DNA from: Lama guanicoe
Lineage: Eukaryota
NCBI GenBank assembly: GCA_013239625.1
Contig: MU053379.1
Coordinates: 194,490 to 258,489, forward strand
Length of the DNA: 64,000 nucleotides
Direction of reading: 5' to 3'
Made by a program: the position numbers and the translations under genes. Positions within the stretch are counted from its first letter, which is position 1. The number at the start of each line of letters is the position of its first letter. Positions 1 to 13,619 of the stretch are shown piece after piece. Below the pieces are notes generated by a model. It did not search any database. It had not been told where the DNA came from and worked only from the letters and a program-made list of their open reading frames with translations.

Positions 1-159
1 ACCCACATTGGTGAGGGTGGATCCCTTCACTCAGTCTACTGATTCAAATGCTAATCTCTCCTGGAAACACCCTCACAGAGACACCCAGAAATAATGCTTT
101 ACCAGCTATCCGGGCATCCTTTAACTGAGTCAAGTTGACACATAAAATTAGCCATCACA
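1..159 (-). mobile_element. MLT2-like ERVL LTR, 5' end (runs off the window)
   Basis: The reverse complement begins TGTGATGGCTAATTTTATGTGTCAACTTGAC...ATTTCTGGGTGTCTCTGTGAGGGTGTTTCC, the typical MLT2 LTR start. Confidence 0.85.
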
Positions 160-499
160 GTATTTCATTATTTTCTGCTTTTATCTTTAATATTTTCTAC
201 CTCTTCTCTCTTTGCTGCTGTTCTTTTTTCCTACCTTCTAGTGCTGATAAAGAAATCATATTCCACAGCAAGTCGCAAAGCCTGCTAACAAAAAAGCCAA
301 CAAACTAAGTGATCTGAATGTTCTACTGAATAAGTTTCATGACCATTTCAAATGTCTTAGATTGGATCTATTTAGAAGAAAACTGTGATTCGGTGTCAGC
401 TGTGCATAAAATTCTAAGATTTAATTATTTTCCATCAACACTTGGACAATATTAATCTACTATTATCTTGCATTTGGAGGTTAGTCTGTTGGAATATGG

Positions 500-840
500 A
501 TCCGCTTTGGTGACTTGCTTGTGACAAATAGAAGGTGATTGCTATTTAACTGCTGAAATTAGGTCATAAGAGGCGCTATAACCTACATCTCATGTCTCTT
601 GGGATACTTGCTCTTGGAACTCATCTCCCATGTAATGAGGAAGCCGAGGGCATGTGGTGAGACCATATGTGGTGTTCCGGCTGATAGTGCCAAACTGAGG
701 GCCCAGCCAACAGCCAGCTGCACCACCAGGAGAGTAAGGAAGCCTCTGTGATGCCTGCAGTCCACTCTGACTGCAACTGCATGAAGGACCCTGTGTGAAG
801 ACCTCCTCGCTAAGCCCAGTTGACCCCCAGACATCACGAG
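500..840 (+). mobile_element. MLT1 (F/G/H-like) MaLR LTR fragment
   Basis: Contains gtgacttgcttgtgacaaatagaa, tgctcttggaac...gaggaagcc and ctgactgcaactgcatga...aagcccagttgacccccaga. Confidence 0.7.
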
Positions 841-844
841 CTGG

Positions 845-960
845 GTGCCTCCCAGCTCTGCCAGAGACTAGCCATGTGACTTTGGGCAGATTATGTAATT
901 TATCCATAAAATGGCGCTAATAATACCTGCACGAGAGGGTTGTTCTGAGAATTAATCAAA
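845..960 (+). mobile_element. MIR SINE
   Basis: MIR core cccagctctgcc...tagccatgtgactttgggcag, then taaaatggcgctaataatacct...gggttgttctgagaattaa. Confidence 0.75.
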
Positions 961-1904
961 ATAGTAACTCTTTAAGGTAGCATTATGAGGCTCATTGTAC
1001 CCATGAGAACAAGCACCAGGAAAGGTCAATTCACTTGTCCAAAATCAGTCAAACACATAATAAGAGACAGAATACAGATCTGAACTTAAAATCTGACTCC
1101 AAACCCTATTCTCTTTACCATTATTCAATTCCATTGCTAAAAATGATTACCATAGCAACTCATTAACCTCCCCAGTCTCACACAAGGACCTAAAGAAACA
1201 GTGCCATCCCGTTGCATGTTGAGGTTTATTTTAAGTCAGACTTGGCAACAGGCAAAGTTGCGATGCCATTTAAAGCAAAAGAGAAAAAAATGTACCGTAG
1301 GTTTTGAATACCTGAGCCCACAAGTGGGGTGAGCAGACATCACCCTGTGCCGGTGTGAGAGAGAACAGTAAGTTCTTTTTGGCCTCACTTTCTTATAATG
1401 CTGTTTTGGGAAAACGATTTTTACCAAAATAGCATGCCATGTATGAATCTTGTTCAAATGCCAGAGTTGCTCTTGGAACCAGAATGTAGTTATACTGTGT
1501 ATTTTTAGAGAGGTATCCAGCACACGGTAACGAGGAGAAAGGGGCTGAGGAGTGTGGCGAGGGTGAGTCTTCATGCAGAGGTAGATTTGCACGTAAATCT
1601 TATACATCAGCCTGGGTCAGAATGACATCACAAAATATAAAGATGGTCAATACCAACAGGAAAATCGTGTTTTCTCTGACCATACACCCCTGGAAGCAAT
1701 TGTTATGAATCCAAAAGATAATGCCAAGGCTCACCTTTGACACATGGAGGAATACTGAGAATTTTCTTTTAGAAAGAGGAGCTTCATTTCAGAGTATCTT
1801 CTGTACCAATGGTTTGCTGCTGATAAATTGATTTACCTCCTCATTGTTCTCATTATCAGAGAATTTGTTGAGTACTTATATACTTAGTACATAATAAAAT
1901 AACT

Positions 1905-2120
1905 GTGCAATATACTTTCTATGAACCAGGCAGAATTCTAAATACTTTTCATGTATTATTTCCTTTAGTCCTCAGAACAAAGTATATTGTAAATACTTTT
2001 TAAGGCATGTTCTACAGATGAAGAAATCGAGACTCAGAGAAGCAAATGCAGTTGCCAGGTTAGGAAATTTAAGATGTGCAAAGAGACGAAATTCAAATCC
2101 AGAGCCCGGTTCTTAACTGC
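1905..2120 (-). mobile_element. MIR SINE
   Basis: Antisense MIR core tacagatgaagaaatcgagactcagagaag with flanking MIR-like segments. Confidence 0.7.
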
Positions 2121-3119
2121 CCAACTCTTTATTCATGTTATTAATATTAGCATTATTATTATTAATTATAAATAGCATTTATTGACATATGCGCCAGGAC
2201 AGATGCAAAGCCTTGACTGAGGCAGAGGGACAAAAGAGAGTGAAAAGGAGATAATTTCCTCAATGTGTGTGTCAGTGTTATCGAATTCCTTGTCTCTTTC
2301 CTTATTATTCCTTAGTGAATTCTTTGGGTTTCTTGTTGTAGCATTTAAATTCAGCATTCACAGAAGGCTAGCTCTGTGCCTGTTCTATGAGTTCCTTAAT
2401 TCACAGGATGAGATCTGAACACCTGTAGCAGATGGAAGCTGCGTTCCCTGTCCTCTGGTGGCAGGAGAGAAATTACTCAAAATTATTTTCGTATTCTAGA
2501 GGCCGTGCTGCTGACTCACTGTTGACCCTGTCCAAGGTGTCTAATTTCATAGGGTCTCAGTTTTCTTACCCATGTGAGGTTGGTCTGTGACACTCAGATT
2601 CCTCATAGCCACCGTCTGGGTGGTACGTCTGTGGTGTGGCCATTTCATTCCAAAATTAGGAGGTAAAGCACCCATTTATACAAAGATTTCTTTTTTCTGT
2701 TAAGTCCAATCAGATTCTACTGTCCTAACCAGTGCTTTCCAAAATATGGGCTAAGATTCCCCCACTGAGAGTTTTGATTACAAAAGTGAAAGAGACAGGA
2801 ATTAAGTAACTTGGAATCACATACTTCTCTTTTGGGCTTTCTGCTTCCATTGTGGTGAAGGTCTCACTTTGAAGGCAATGTTTCTTTTATCAACTTTCTA
2901 GTCCTTCTCTCTTTTTTCTAATAAAGAACCATCCCAGACAACTATTAACCAAAATTTAAATTTTCCTTGTGTTTGTTTTTGGTTAGTTTCTGTTTGTGTC
3001 AAGCGAAAACATTTTTTTTTCCTATTTGCACAGTGCTATAAAGACTATTTTTAAATTAAGTTATTTAAATGAAAAAGCTGCTTTAGAGAAACATGTTGGA
3101 TACATAATAGTAAACATAT

Positions 3120-3270
3120 TTACTGATATATAACAAACCACTCCAAAAGTCAGTGGCTCAAACAGAACTATTGCATTTAGATTACTATTACATGGGTGGG
3201 CAATTTTGGCTAGACTCAGTCGAGAGGTTCTTCTGGTCCCAGCTGGCTTTCTCATGTATTTGCAGTTAGT
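3120..3270 (-). mobile_element. MLT1 LTR 3' fragment
   Basis: ataacaaaccactccaaaagtcagtggctcaaaca...ggcaattttggctagactcag resembles an antisense MLT1 3' end. Confidence 0.6.
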
Positions 3271-3680
3271 TGAAGCCTACAGATTCCTTCTCAAAATACT
3301 GTTTTTAAAGGCATAAAATAAAATACATAGAATTACAAAGGAAACCAGTAATACTGAAGTATATGCGTCAAATACTATAAAAATTTTATGTTGCAGTATA
3401 TTGATTCTTTACTAACACATAAAATAACGAGATCCAGAGGCAGGTCAATTAACTACTGAAATTTTGAATGATGACGAATGTAAACGATATTTTGAGATCT
3501 CTGTAAAAGCTTTAATGTGGCATAGATATATCTATTATTTCTACGGGAACCAAAGTCATGGATTCTAATAATGCAACTGACATCTGTTGCCTAAATTCAT
3601 AACAGAAATAAATGTTAAATTGCATTCAGAAGACAATGAAAAAGATGCAGATTTCTATTATCCATTCACGTTCATGAGTC
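3271..3680. mobile_element. hAT-Charlie DNA transposon (Charlie4a-like)
   Basis: Contains tgaagccta...cttctcaaaatactgtttttaaaggcataaaataaaatacatagaattacaaaggaaacc and tgttgcctaaattcataa. Confidence 0.65.
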
Positions 3681-3735
3681 TCCTCTACATAAAAGGGAAA
3701 ATCTGCTCATGGGTTATGGCCGCATCCTTCAATTC

Positions 3736-3758
3736 TTTTTTTTTTTTTTTTTTTTTTT
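3736..3758. repeat. poly(T)23
   Basis: Direct count. Confidence 0.95.
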
Positions 3759-5929
3759 GTTAAGAAAAGCAAAAGTGTGAGTGTCAAAAAATCTGGGGAA
3801 ATTTGATTCCATTTTGATGAGTATATGTTCTTTCAAATTCTTGTTGACTCTTATTACTTGGGATTTTTAATGGGCTATGTGTTGTCTGTTAGTGTCTAGT
3901 GTAACAAACTGTTTCTCCTAACTCAGAATCTGAGGTTCTTTGGCATTCTGCTAAAGCTCCAGGGGACTGTCTTTGATCCTTCTCTTATTCTCACAGGACT
4001 CACGTGATAATGTCACTCCCTGACGTTATCTATTCCTGAACATTTCCAAAGGATTCTCTGATGCCCAAAGTAAGTGTCTGCCATTCTCACATATTTGCTT
4101 ATTATAGGTAGGTGGTGGCCTGAGGATGAAGGTTGTGTGTGGGAGGAGTGAGATCAGATGGTACATAAAAGGGGAGCGATGAAGGATGAGCTGAAATCCC
4201 AGTTCTTCTGGGACGAGAAAGATGTTTTTGGTCAATATTTAGGAAATGCTGAAATGTTAGGGCTGCTGACGCAAACCGAGGAAGCAGTTATGTTTCATGT
4301 CATTCCTCTGGCCTTTCTGGGTAATTCTCTAAGCGTCGTGGGGGTCACCACAAAAAGATCCAAGAAATGAACACAGCCTGAAATAACTGACTCCTCGTTT
4401 CCAAGGACTTTAGCAGGTATTTATCATGCTTTGCTACATGGGCTTCATCAGGGTGCAAAGACCACTTACACCAGGACATCTGACTCCTGTGTTATAGCTG
4501 AAGCATTTGCAACATACAGGAATTTTGCCATTTGGAGCCAGTTTACACAGTGAAAATCCGAGAATTAAAATAAAGCCAAAGGCCGTGCTGATTATGTACA
4601 GCTGATGACCTAGACTGGCTGAGTTTTTATGTCCTCGGTTGAGTTGTAAACAGAAATCTCTGCAGAAGAAAGAGTGATGCTGCAAATATGATGATGGGTA
4701 GCCAAGCAAGTCCGCCAAGAACACTGTTACTCTGGGGGGAATTGAGGATGCAGAGGTTCAATGGCTCTCACTGGGCTTAAAAAGTAGCATTTTCTCCACG
4801 CAGGATTAAATGAAAGATGGTACCTGACTACTTCAGCATCAAAGCTAAGGAATCCTTTGTACCCAGTAGCCTATTTTTCCCTTCTGTGTCACCAAATACC
4901 TATGATTCATTCAAAACATTGCTTGTTTTACTTGTTTGTCTTTAGATTACATAATTAATAAATGTTTGTTGCAAAAAAAAAACCCAGAAACAATACAAGA
5001 AAAAGGAGAAAATCCTTTCTCCTCTACCAATTTCATCCTTCAAGGCAACAGCCTTTAACAATTTAATAGATACACTTACCTTTTAGATTTCTAAATGTGC
5101 ATATCCACATACAAGTGTGTATGCATATATAAACAAAATAGGACGATTCTATACATGTTGTTCTGCAGTTTGCTTATTTCACAAAACAACTGTCTTCCTT
5201 CTCCCCTTGTTTATATTAGAGGGAAACTTTTTTTTACAACTGTGCTGTGTGAAATTCCATTGTATGTCTGCCTTACCATTTATTTAATATTTGCCTAATG
5301 TCTGGTATTGGGATTGTTTCCCACTCAACAAATATTAATTGAGAGCTTGTTATTCTCTAGAGATGCCATAAAGGAGTACAAGGTACATGAAGAGCTACCT
5401 CTTCTCTCGAGGAGTTTGAGACTGAATTTGAGAGTGAGATAGATTGTGTAACAAATAGCCTTCACATTTCTGCAGGAGATGCTAAGAATTCCCAATGTCA
5501 AAGAATCTAACATCGGTCTGGATGAAAATAGTCCCCCAAGAGAAAGGCATTGTGCAAGAGGCTTTTATCTGTAGAAAATCCAACATATCAAAACAGAATG
5601 GTTAAAGGGCAATTATTCACAGCATACAGGCTTTATCTTATAAAACGTTTGATTTGTTAAGTACCCATCTAGTACTTCACTCTTGATTTTTGTACCAACA
5701 GCTGTTTGATACAGTTTAGGGGAACTGCCAAATAAATGGAAGCTTGAATATTCAGAGTCCATGAAAACTGGAACTCTATCTACATCTCTTGGAATATTGA
5801 AGTGAAAAAGTGTAATTCGATGTGTTTTAAAGGGGTTTTCAGAACATAGGCATGTCAGGAAATGTTAGTTCCACTTCAGATCATCCTAGGCTCATCTGTC
5901 TCTGAGACTCTTGGCCACTTATTTTTCTC

Positions 5930-6467
5930 CAGCTTTCATTTTGGAGACCAGTTTCATGTAGGTTCTCACAATTGCCATGGCCACAAGTGATTGTGCAAGA
6001 ATTACCCGACAGCAGCTTGTCTCAAGCCCATGGACTGCGCCCCTTGTCTTCAATACAAGGCTTCCCTGTTGGCACTGACACTTAAGATACACTGGAACCT
6101 GCCTGGAACTTACATGAGCACACACCACAGTGCAGGGAAGCTAGTGCCCCATGGGATAAACCTTTGATCAATGCGAGTTGAGTGTTAGTGGATACATTTT
6201 CCACCCTCTTGCTTCACACCTCACCCTCTCCCCATAGACTATCTTAAGATGCAGTAACCCCTGTGGCCTCTCAGAAGATGGCCCCATGAAGTGATGCAAT
6301 TAGCTGCATCTTAATGTGAAACACTGGCCTGAAACATTGGCCATCTCTGTAGCACACCTCTCGTATTTGCTCTTTTGTCTTCCCCGACCCATTCTCTTTC
6401 CCTCACTTCTGCTTCCCTAATAAAGGTTGGCTCAGCCTCTGCTTTCTTGAGAATGAAGGCTAAGACA
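5930..6467 (+). mobile_element. LTR16-like ERVL LTR
   Basis: Contains ccccatgggataaacctttgatcaatg and ends aataaa...ctctgctttcttgagaatgaaggctaagaca. Confidence 0.65.
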
Positions 6468-6529
6468 ACACCGTCTTAATAAAGAAAAAGAAAGCTGGAT
6501 AGATTGCACTTTGTGTGCTCGTTACCTAA

Positions 6530-6690
6530 TTTATTGCTACCCGTTACTGAACACCTACTAAGTGCCCAACAACTTTTCAAAGTGCTTTATATGCCATTGA
6601 ATAACCACCCTGTGAAGATGTTATTGCTATTAGCAGCAGTTTTTATTCTGCAGGAAAGAAAACTGAGACTTGGAAAGTACCTTGCTCAAG
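6530..6690 (-). mobile_element. MIR SINE
   Basis: ttactgaacacctactaagtgcc...attctgcaggaaagaaaactgagact...cttgctcaaggt. Confidence 0.7.
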
Positions 6691-8004
6691 GTTCTATCAG
6701 ATCCTTTCTAATGTCTCAGTTACAGCAATCATTGGAGGGTCGGGGGGTAAGAGGATGCTCCTCTTTCCATGATAATTCCAGCTCTCTTTGACCTCATTTC
6801 CTCATTCCTCAAGCTCTCAAATATATGTATAAAATATGCAAAAATGTAGTCACTGAACAAGAAAGACCGATTTTGGACTCAGAGTTGTGTGTGTGAGGCA
6901 GTGCAGCAAAGGTGCCAACTCAGAAGGCACGAATGTGCATCCAATCAGAAAGGCTCGGCTCAGCCAACATGGGATGCTGCTGTTTATGGCGTGACTCAGC
7001 CTTGGCTTCAGCTTTCACACCTCAGGGATGAGTCACGATAGCACATGTTCTCTGCTAAAACCATCCCTGACTTCTCAATGTGACACGCGGTAATGAAGAT
7101 GGAGGGCTTTGCAACCAGGATCTCTCATTCCCACCGTTCAGGCTGCCTCATCACGCTCTCTGCTCCCGAACTGTCTCCCTTAACCTGGGCTCAATCCCGT
7201 CCCAAGCTTTCTGCAAGAGAGTCTCCCCTATCCAACTGATTAACAGCCTGCTAAACCTGACTTCCAACCTCACTGGGGCCACCACGCAGCTCAGCAGTCA
7301 TTTTCTCAATCTCAGTGCCCCCTCTTTCATTCCATTTTACACAGCACCTGTTCCAAGCGTTTGCTAGTCTTTTGCCTTCTCTCAGAAGGTTGCCCCCCTG
7401 CCACCCCCACACTCTCAAGAGAAGGAAGGTGAGGACATCATCACAGGACTTTTGTTGTAACCCTTTTTAAAAAACCTTTATCTAGCTTTGGGTGCATGTA
7501 TGAGTCTTACTTATAAAAGCCCTTATTGAGTTCCTATGGAAGAAATGGACACTGAGGTCAGGTCACTTCACCTTGGTCGTACCTGGGGAGGTGGGGACTC
7601 AGAAGTGGGAGAGGTAAGCATCCACTTTTATTCTAATTGACCATAAACGTTCTGTAAAATTTTGTAGAAGTTACCATCTCTTGACTCACAACTGGGTACA
7701 AAACATGGCACAGAATACACTTCCTAGCCTATTTATTCCTGAGCTCATCCACTGGAGAGACCAACTGAGCCAACCAGCAGTCTTGAAGGTAGCATGCATA
7801 TTGTGCTTTGGGCTGGTGAAAATAAATTTAAGTTTGGTCATAAGCGTTATGTCCAGGGCACTGCTCCTGGATTATTAAAATAAAATTCAGGCCACAGAAA
7901 GCAAAGGCCCTTTTCCCAGAGCTAAATTACTTTTTCTCTACACCAAGTTCAATTAAAGAAACCACCTTTCTTTCTTGGCAAAGTTTTCTCATTTTTTCCT
8001 GTCT

Positions 8005-8436
8005 CTCAGAATCAGAAATTCAGTGGTGGCTTAGCTGGACATTTCTAGCTCACAGTCTCTCTGAAGGCTGCATGAAGATGCCAGCTGAGGCTACAGTCGT
8101 ACAAAGGTTCGACTGGGGCTCAAGGACCTGCTCCAAGATGGCTCGTTAACATGGTTCTTAGTAGGATTCCTTAGTGCTTCGTCACGTGGACTCCCCCCAG
8201 GGCTGCTTGAATGTTCTTAGGACGTGGTGGTTGGCTTCCTCCAAGCAAGTGATCCAAGAGAGAGCAAGGCAGGAGACAAAGTGTTTTACAAACTAGCATC
8301 AGAAGCCACACACTGTCATTTTTGCAATGTCCCGCTGGTTATGTAGCTCCTCCCTATTCAGGATGGGAGGGGACACCACAAGAGCTTACAGACTAGAGGT
8401 GAGAATCATTGGAGGCCATCTTGGAGGCCAGCCACA
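8005..8436 (-). mobile_element. MLT1F/G-like MaLR LTR
   Basis: Contains ccaagatggctc and gcaagtgatccaagagagagcaagg; ends tcattggaggccatcttggaggccagccaca. Confidence 0.8.
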
Positions 8437-8784
8437 AGGTCTGTACTCAAGTTTTGGCTCTTCTACCAAATTAAAGCTGCCCAAAATAATGTCTTAAGTA
8501 GACCTATTTAGACATGAAAGAGTGTATTTTAATCAGTGTCCTAATTGTTAGTATACTATTTAGGATCTCTTAACATACTATAAATGATAACCAAAATAAT
8601 AGATTTTACATATTTTAAATAGTCTTCTATTATTGGCATCCTTAATTTCCTTTACAAAGTCTCTTCTTGAACGTAGAAAGAAAACCTTATCTAATCTGAA
8701 TCCCAATTAGGGAGAGAATGAGAAAATGAGAATCCTAAGCTTGGTTTAATACAGACACATGAGCTGCTCACCTCCACCTTCAGA

Positions 8785-8905
8785 GAAGGAGTGCAGTGCA
8801 GAACTGTCTGGAGTCATATTCCTTTGGCCCAAATCCTGGCTTAGCTACTTATTAAGTCTTGGAGCTTGGACCATTTCCTTAACTTTTCTGTGTCTTTATT
8901 TCCTG
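8785..8905 (+). mobile_element. MIR SINE
   Basis: ctggagtca...caaatcctggcttagctacttatta...cttaacttttctgtgtct. Confidence 0.6.
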
Positions 8906-9024
8906 GGCGTTGTTTAGCCTGAGGAGAAACATAAATAAGTAAAAATAACTAACATAGAAGGAATGTCCTTGTGCACAAAAGTAAAAAGTTCCATCGTCAT
9001 GCTGCTTCTTTTTAGGAAGCACTT

Positions 9025-9860
9025 TTTTTTAAGTTTCTGACAAAATAATTTTATATTTACAGAAAAATTGCAAATACAGTACAAAGTATTCCCATAAATC
9101 CTTTATCCAGCTTCCCCTAGTGTTGGCATCTTGCATAGTTCTGCTATAGTTCTAAAAGTCAAGACATTAACATTGATACAATACTACTAACTAACTTAGA
9201 GACCTTATTTGAATGGTGCCAGTTTTCCCATTAATGATATTTTTTCTGGCCCAGGGTCTAATCCAGGACCTCATACTGCAATTAGTTGCTATGTCACCTT
9301 AGCCTTCTCCCATCTACGACAGTTTTTCTTTCTTTTTCATGACCTTGGAAACTTTGAAGGGCATTGATCAGTTATTTTGTGGAATAGCCTTCAGTCTGAG
9401 TTTATCCAATGTTTCTCTCAGAGTGAGAGTTCGACTACACATTTTTCATGGACTGAATGTCTGTATACCCCCTTAAGTTGAAACCCTTCTCCTCAGTGGT
9501 GGTGGTGGTGACACTCTGTGTGCACTTTGCACTTTCGATGTGTCATATGGATGAAGCATGGTGTCAACCTGTGTTATTTCTAGTGAAGCTTACTCTGATC
9601 ACTTGAAGGTGGCATCTACAGAGTTGCTTCATTGTAGTTCCTATTTTTTGCTTTGGTGAAATGCTGTAAGGAAATACCATGAGACCATGTAAATACCCTG
9701 TTGCTCATCATACGTTCATCTGTTAACTTTAGCACCCATTGACGATTCTCACCATCGACAATCATCACGGTAGTGTCTACCTAAGATGGTTTTCTATTTT
9801 TATCATGTCCTCTATGTTTTCAATGTTCATCAGTTGGAATTTGACTGTGAGGCAGAATTT
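9025..9860 (-). mobile_element. Old L1 (L1MC/MD-like) 3' UTR
   Basis: Contains atttacagaaaaattgcaaatacagtaca, ttaacattgatacaatactactaac and taatccaggacctcatactgcaattagttg. Confidence 0.75.
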
Positions 9861-10389
9861 AGCAAGTATTTTCTAAATGTCTGTGCTGTGAGGGAAGCGG
9901 GTCAGGGAACCAGCCTTCCTTCAGTTCTTGGAGGGTCCCGTGCTGGTCAGGTAAGTCCTGTTGGCTGTTTGATCCCCACAACAGCAGCTGCAGAGGGAGG
10001 GGGAGTGGGTCCACTTCCCTTCGCTCTTGGTTGCCCTGTGCATTTGCTCCTGCTGTTCCTTCCACTGGATGCCCTCCCCTCTCACCTTCTAATTGTTGTA
10101 CCAGCCTCAGCTCCAGGGAAGACTTAGCAGGGAGCTTTCTTATCCCTCTTCATCCACAACATTAGCACTTCTCTGGCTGCCTCTGTCACAAAATATGCGT
10201 CCTAAGACGGCCACATTTCCTTTTATGGCCTCCACCACACAGTGAGTAAAGAGCCCACTTTTTATCCCCAGGTTTCTGAGCTACTAGGCAGCACCTGGTG
10301 AATGGGACCTCCCTGGGAATGATCTGATAGAGAAGGAGTGAAAGTAACATAGAGTATTTGTCACAAAAGCCTTCCTTACATTTAACACT

Positions 10390-11330
10390 TAAAAATATTT
10401 TAAGGTAAAATTTGTATACAGTAAAGTTCATTTTTTTGGTGTACCAGTCTATGAATTTTGACAAGTGTATACTCTCAAGTAACCATTACCACATCAAGAT
10501 ATGGAAATTTTGCAGCACCTCCAGAAGTTCCTTTGTGTTCTCTCTAGTCATCCATTCCTCACCCCCACCCTTAGCCCCTGGCAAACACTGATCTATTCTC
10601 TGTTCTTTAAGTTTCGCCTTTTCCAGAATGTCATATAAATGGAATTATGAAACATATAGCCTTTAGAATTTGACCTCCTTTGCTTACCGTAATTCTTGTG
10701 AAATTCTTTCCTGCTGTTGTCACTATTCGTACTTCAATCCTTTTTCTTGTTGAGAAGTGTTCCATTTTATAGACTTATCACAGACCATTCATTCGAGCTG
10801 TTTTCAGTTTGGGAGGTTATGAACAACCACAAACATTCATTTTGTGTGGGCTTCCATCTTCACGTCTCCTGGGTACATACCTAGGAGTGGAATTGCTGAG
10901 TCGATGGTAAGTGTCTGCTGAACAAACCTCTTTCCAGAGTGTCTGTCTTTTGCATTCTGACCAGCAGTGTGTGAGAACTGCTCCCCACCCTCACCAGAAC
11001 ACTCAGACCACTGTAGTGAGGTTTTCACCCCAGACTAGTGATGTGAAGCATCTTTTCGTGTGCTCACTTGCCATCTCTATATCGTCTCTACTGAAGTGTC
11101 TATTCCAATCTTTTGTGCATTTCTTATTGGATTTTTAATTTCCTTGTTATTGACTTTTGAGAGATCTTTATGTAGTCTAGATATGATATCTTTATCAGAT
11201 ATGTGACGTGTATGTATTTTCTCCCAGTCTGTGGCTTCTCTTTTAATTATCTTAACAATGTCTTTTGAGAAGCAGAACTTTAAACTTTTGATGAAGTCCA
11301 ATTTATTTTTTCCTTTTATAGTTCATACTA
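10390..11330 (-). mobile_element. Old L1 (L1MB-ME) 3' end with ORF2 C-terminal remnant
   Basis: ORF-track peptides DFIKSLKFCFSKD..REATDWEKI and DSAIPLLGMYP match the L1 ORF2 C-terminus, followed by 3' UTR sequence. Confidence 0.85.
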
Positions 11331-13158
11331 ACATTTATTTGTTTTGTTTGATTGGTTGTGAGTTAAACTTCTTTGTCCAAATTATTTTCTTCTGATAGAA
11401 TTTCTGGGGAAAAAAAAAACAAGTCTTGATTTTTAAAGTTCCTTAGCCTTTGTGTGACTTAGTTTTCTTATCTGTTAAATGGGAACAGCAGTCTTGTCTG
11501 TCTTGGGAAATGTTCGTGTTACCTCCAGGATAAAAGCCAGAAGACATTTGCCTGAAGTGAAAAGGAAAAGCACTGATTGGGTTTCGAGAGTTTTACGTCA
11601 GCAGCAGCAGGTGGAACAGACAAAAAGGAAGTGAGGATGTACGGGGGAAGAAATGATGGAATACAGTACTGTCAACTCGCCTACAGGAAGACAAGGAGCA
11701 GCGGTAGGCAGAGAGACTTTGAAGGGGGACTACCCACCCTTGACATGGCTAGACTCCAGAGCAGGAAGAAGAAAGTTTGGGGAGCAGATATAAGAAATTA
11801 TTAATATTCAGTAATCTTAAGAGAAAGTCCAAGAATTAAAAAGTGAAAAAAAAAAGGCATTTTTATTCGTTGATGATGTCATTACAACGTCCTGTGGAGA
11901 GGTGCTTTTCTGTGGAAGTATTTCTGGCCTTAGTTCCCTTTAGAAGGTTAATAAAAAATTAAGCAAAAAGGTCCCATACACTGAATCCAAAGATCCACGT
12001 TTAAGAAACTTTGCACTCCCCTCTCTCTGGGTGCTCACATCTCCCTGCGGAGGAGTTGGCGTGCGTGGAGGCTCAGCCCCAATAGCTGATGACCCTGCAA
12101 AGCAGCAGGGCTGAAAAACTGAAGGCACCTTCTTCAGGAAGCCAGAGTCCGTTCCTCCCTGTCACACTTCAGCACACCAGTCTTCTTTCTCTTTCTAAAG
12201 ACAAGTGGATCCAGAGAGAAACACAGGGGACTTGATGCAGTAACTGAGTAACTCTGCTCAGACAGAACGGCTTCTCAACACCCTGTTGCTTTACATTCCA
12301 CACTGTGACATCAGTTCATCTTAGAAGGAAGATGTCTTTCTGTGGTGCTGCTTGAGTTTGGGAGGTTTTAGGCACCGGGGTGGCCTTTCCATCCCAGCCC
12401 ACAGTGACAAACTGCTGATAGAGTAATTTTTCGCCACCCACTTCGCAGGCGAACTGTGCATCTTGTTCAAGTGGGATGGGATGGAATCTTATCAGACAGG
12501 ACTCCACCAGCTGGAACTAGAAACAGATCTGTCCATCTGGCCTGGGCAACGTGCCCTCCTGGAAAATTACTGAACAGTGCCAAACTCCATAAAAACACAT
12601 TCCTTAAAATGCCAGCAGAAGGCACAGACTTATGGAGAAATGAAGAAATTATGCAGCCTGCACAAAGCTCAATTCATCACCAGGCCTGGATAATGGAAAT
12701 AAATGCCCACCCAGACTTGGTGCCAAGAGCATTAGTAATTAGTTCACGGGAACTGTCATGCAGGAAGGTTCTGGCTGTGATTCAGACCCTGGGCCTGAGA
12801 GAATGTGATGTAAGCACCGTGAGACGGGAGCGTGATGAGACGTTTGGCCCCGTGTGGGCTGGGAATCAGAAGCAGCCCACTTGCTAGAGGGGGGCAGTGA
12901 GAAGTGATGGTTCTGGGGATGTCTCCGCGGGTTGAGGAAAATTTGCCAAGTTAATTCTGGCTGCCTTTCCTTTCCCTTGCTGCAGCCTTTACAGAGCTTT
13001 GGTGTGGTTGTCTTCCTTCGGACAAGGGCAGAGCCAGCAGGCTGAGTGCGCTGTGTGCCTGCCTGCTGCCCGTCCGTGGCCGCTGTCTGCCCCCAGTTGC
13101 CGTGATGTCTCCTCCCTGGCCGCCTCACTTTCTCCCTCTCAGGATCCAGCTTACCCTG

Positions 13159-13550
13159 TGCCGTGGGCTGAGTTGTGTTCTCCAAAGTTGGAATGTCATG
13201 TTCCTTCCTCCCAGGACCTCAGAACATGACTGTGTTTGGAGAGAGGGCCTTTGCAGAGGTAATTAAGGTGAAGTGAGATCATATGGGTGGGCCCTAACCC
13301 GGTGGACTGGTGTCTTTATAAGAAGAGGAGATTAGGACCCAGGCAGGTGCAGAGAGAAGACCAGGTGAAGACACAGGATGAAGATACATGGCCATCTACT
13401 AGCCGGGGAGAGAGGTCTCAGAAGGAACCAACTCAGCCCACACCTTGACTTCAGACTTCTGGCCTCCAGAACTATGAGAAAATAAATTTCCTTTGTTTTA
13501 AGCCCCCCAGTCTGTGGCACTTTGTTATGACAGCCTAGTAAACGAATACA
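13159..13550 (+). mobile_element. MLT1A/B solo LTR with intact 5-bp TSD
   Basis: TG...CA termini, typical MLT1 internal sequence, AATAAA near the 3' end; CCCTG at 13154-13158 and 13551-13555. Confidence 0.92.
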
Positions 13551-13619
13551 CCCTGCTCCCCACAGAGTCACTCCAGCCTGTCCGGGAGGAGCCGACAGTG
13601 GCCCTCCGCTGCCTACTGC

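Noticed and set aside
9948..9956. Perfect CAG|GTAAGT splice donor
   Set aside because: About one such 9-mer is expected by chance in a window this size, and the only upstream acceptor is weak and gives a 26-nt exon.
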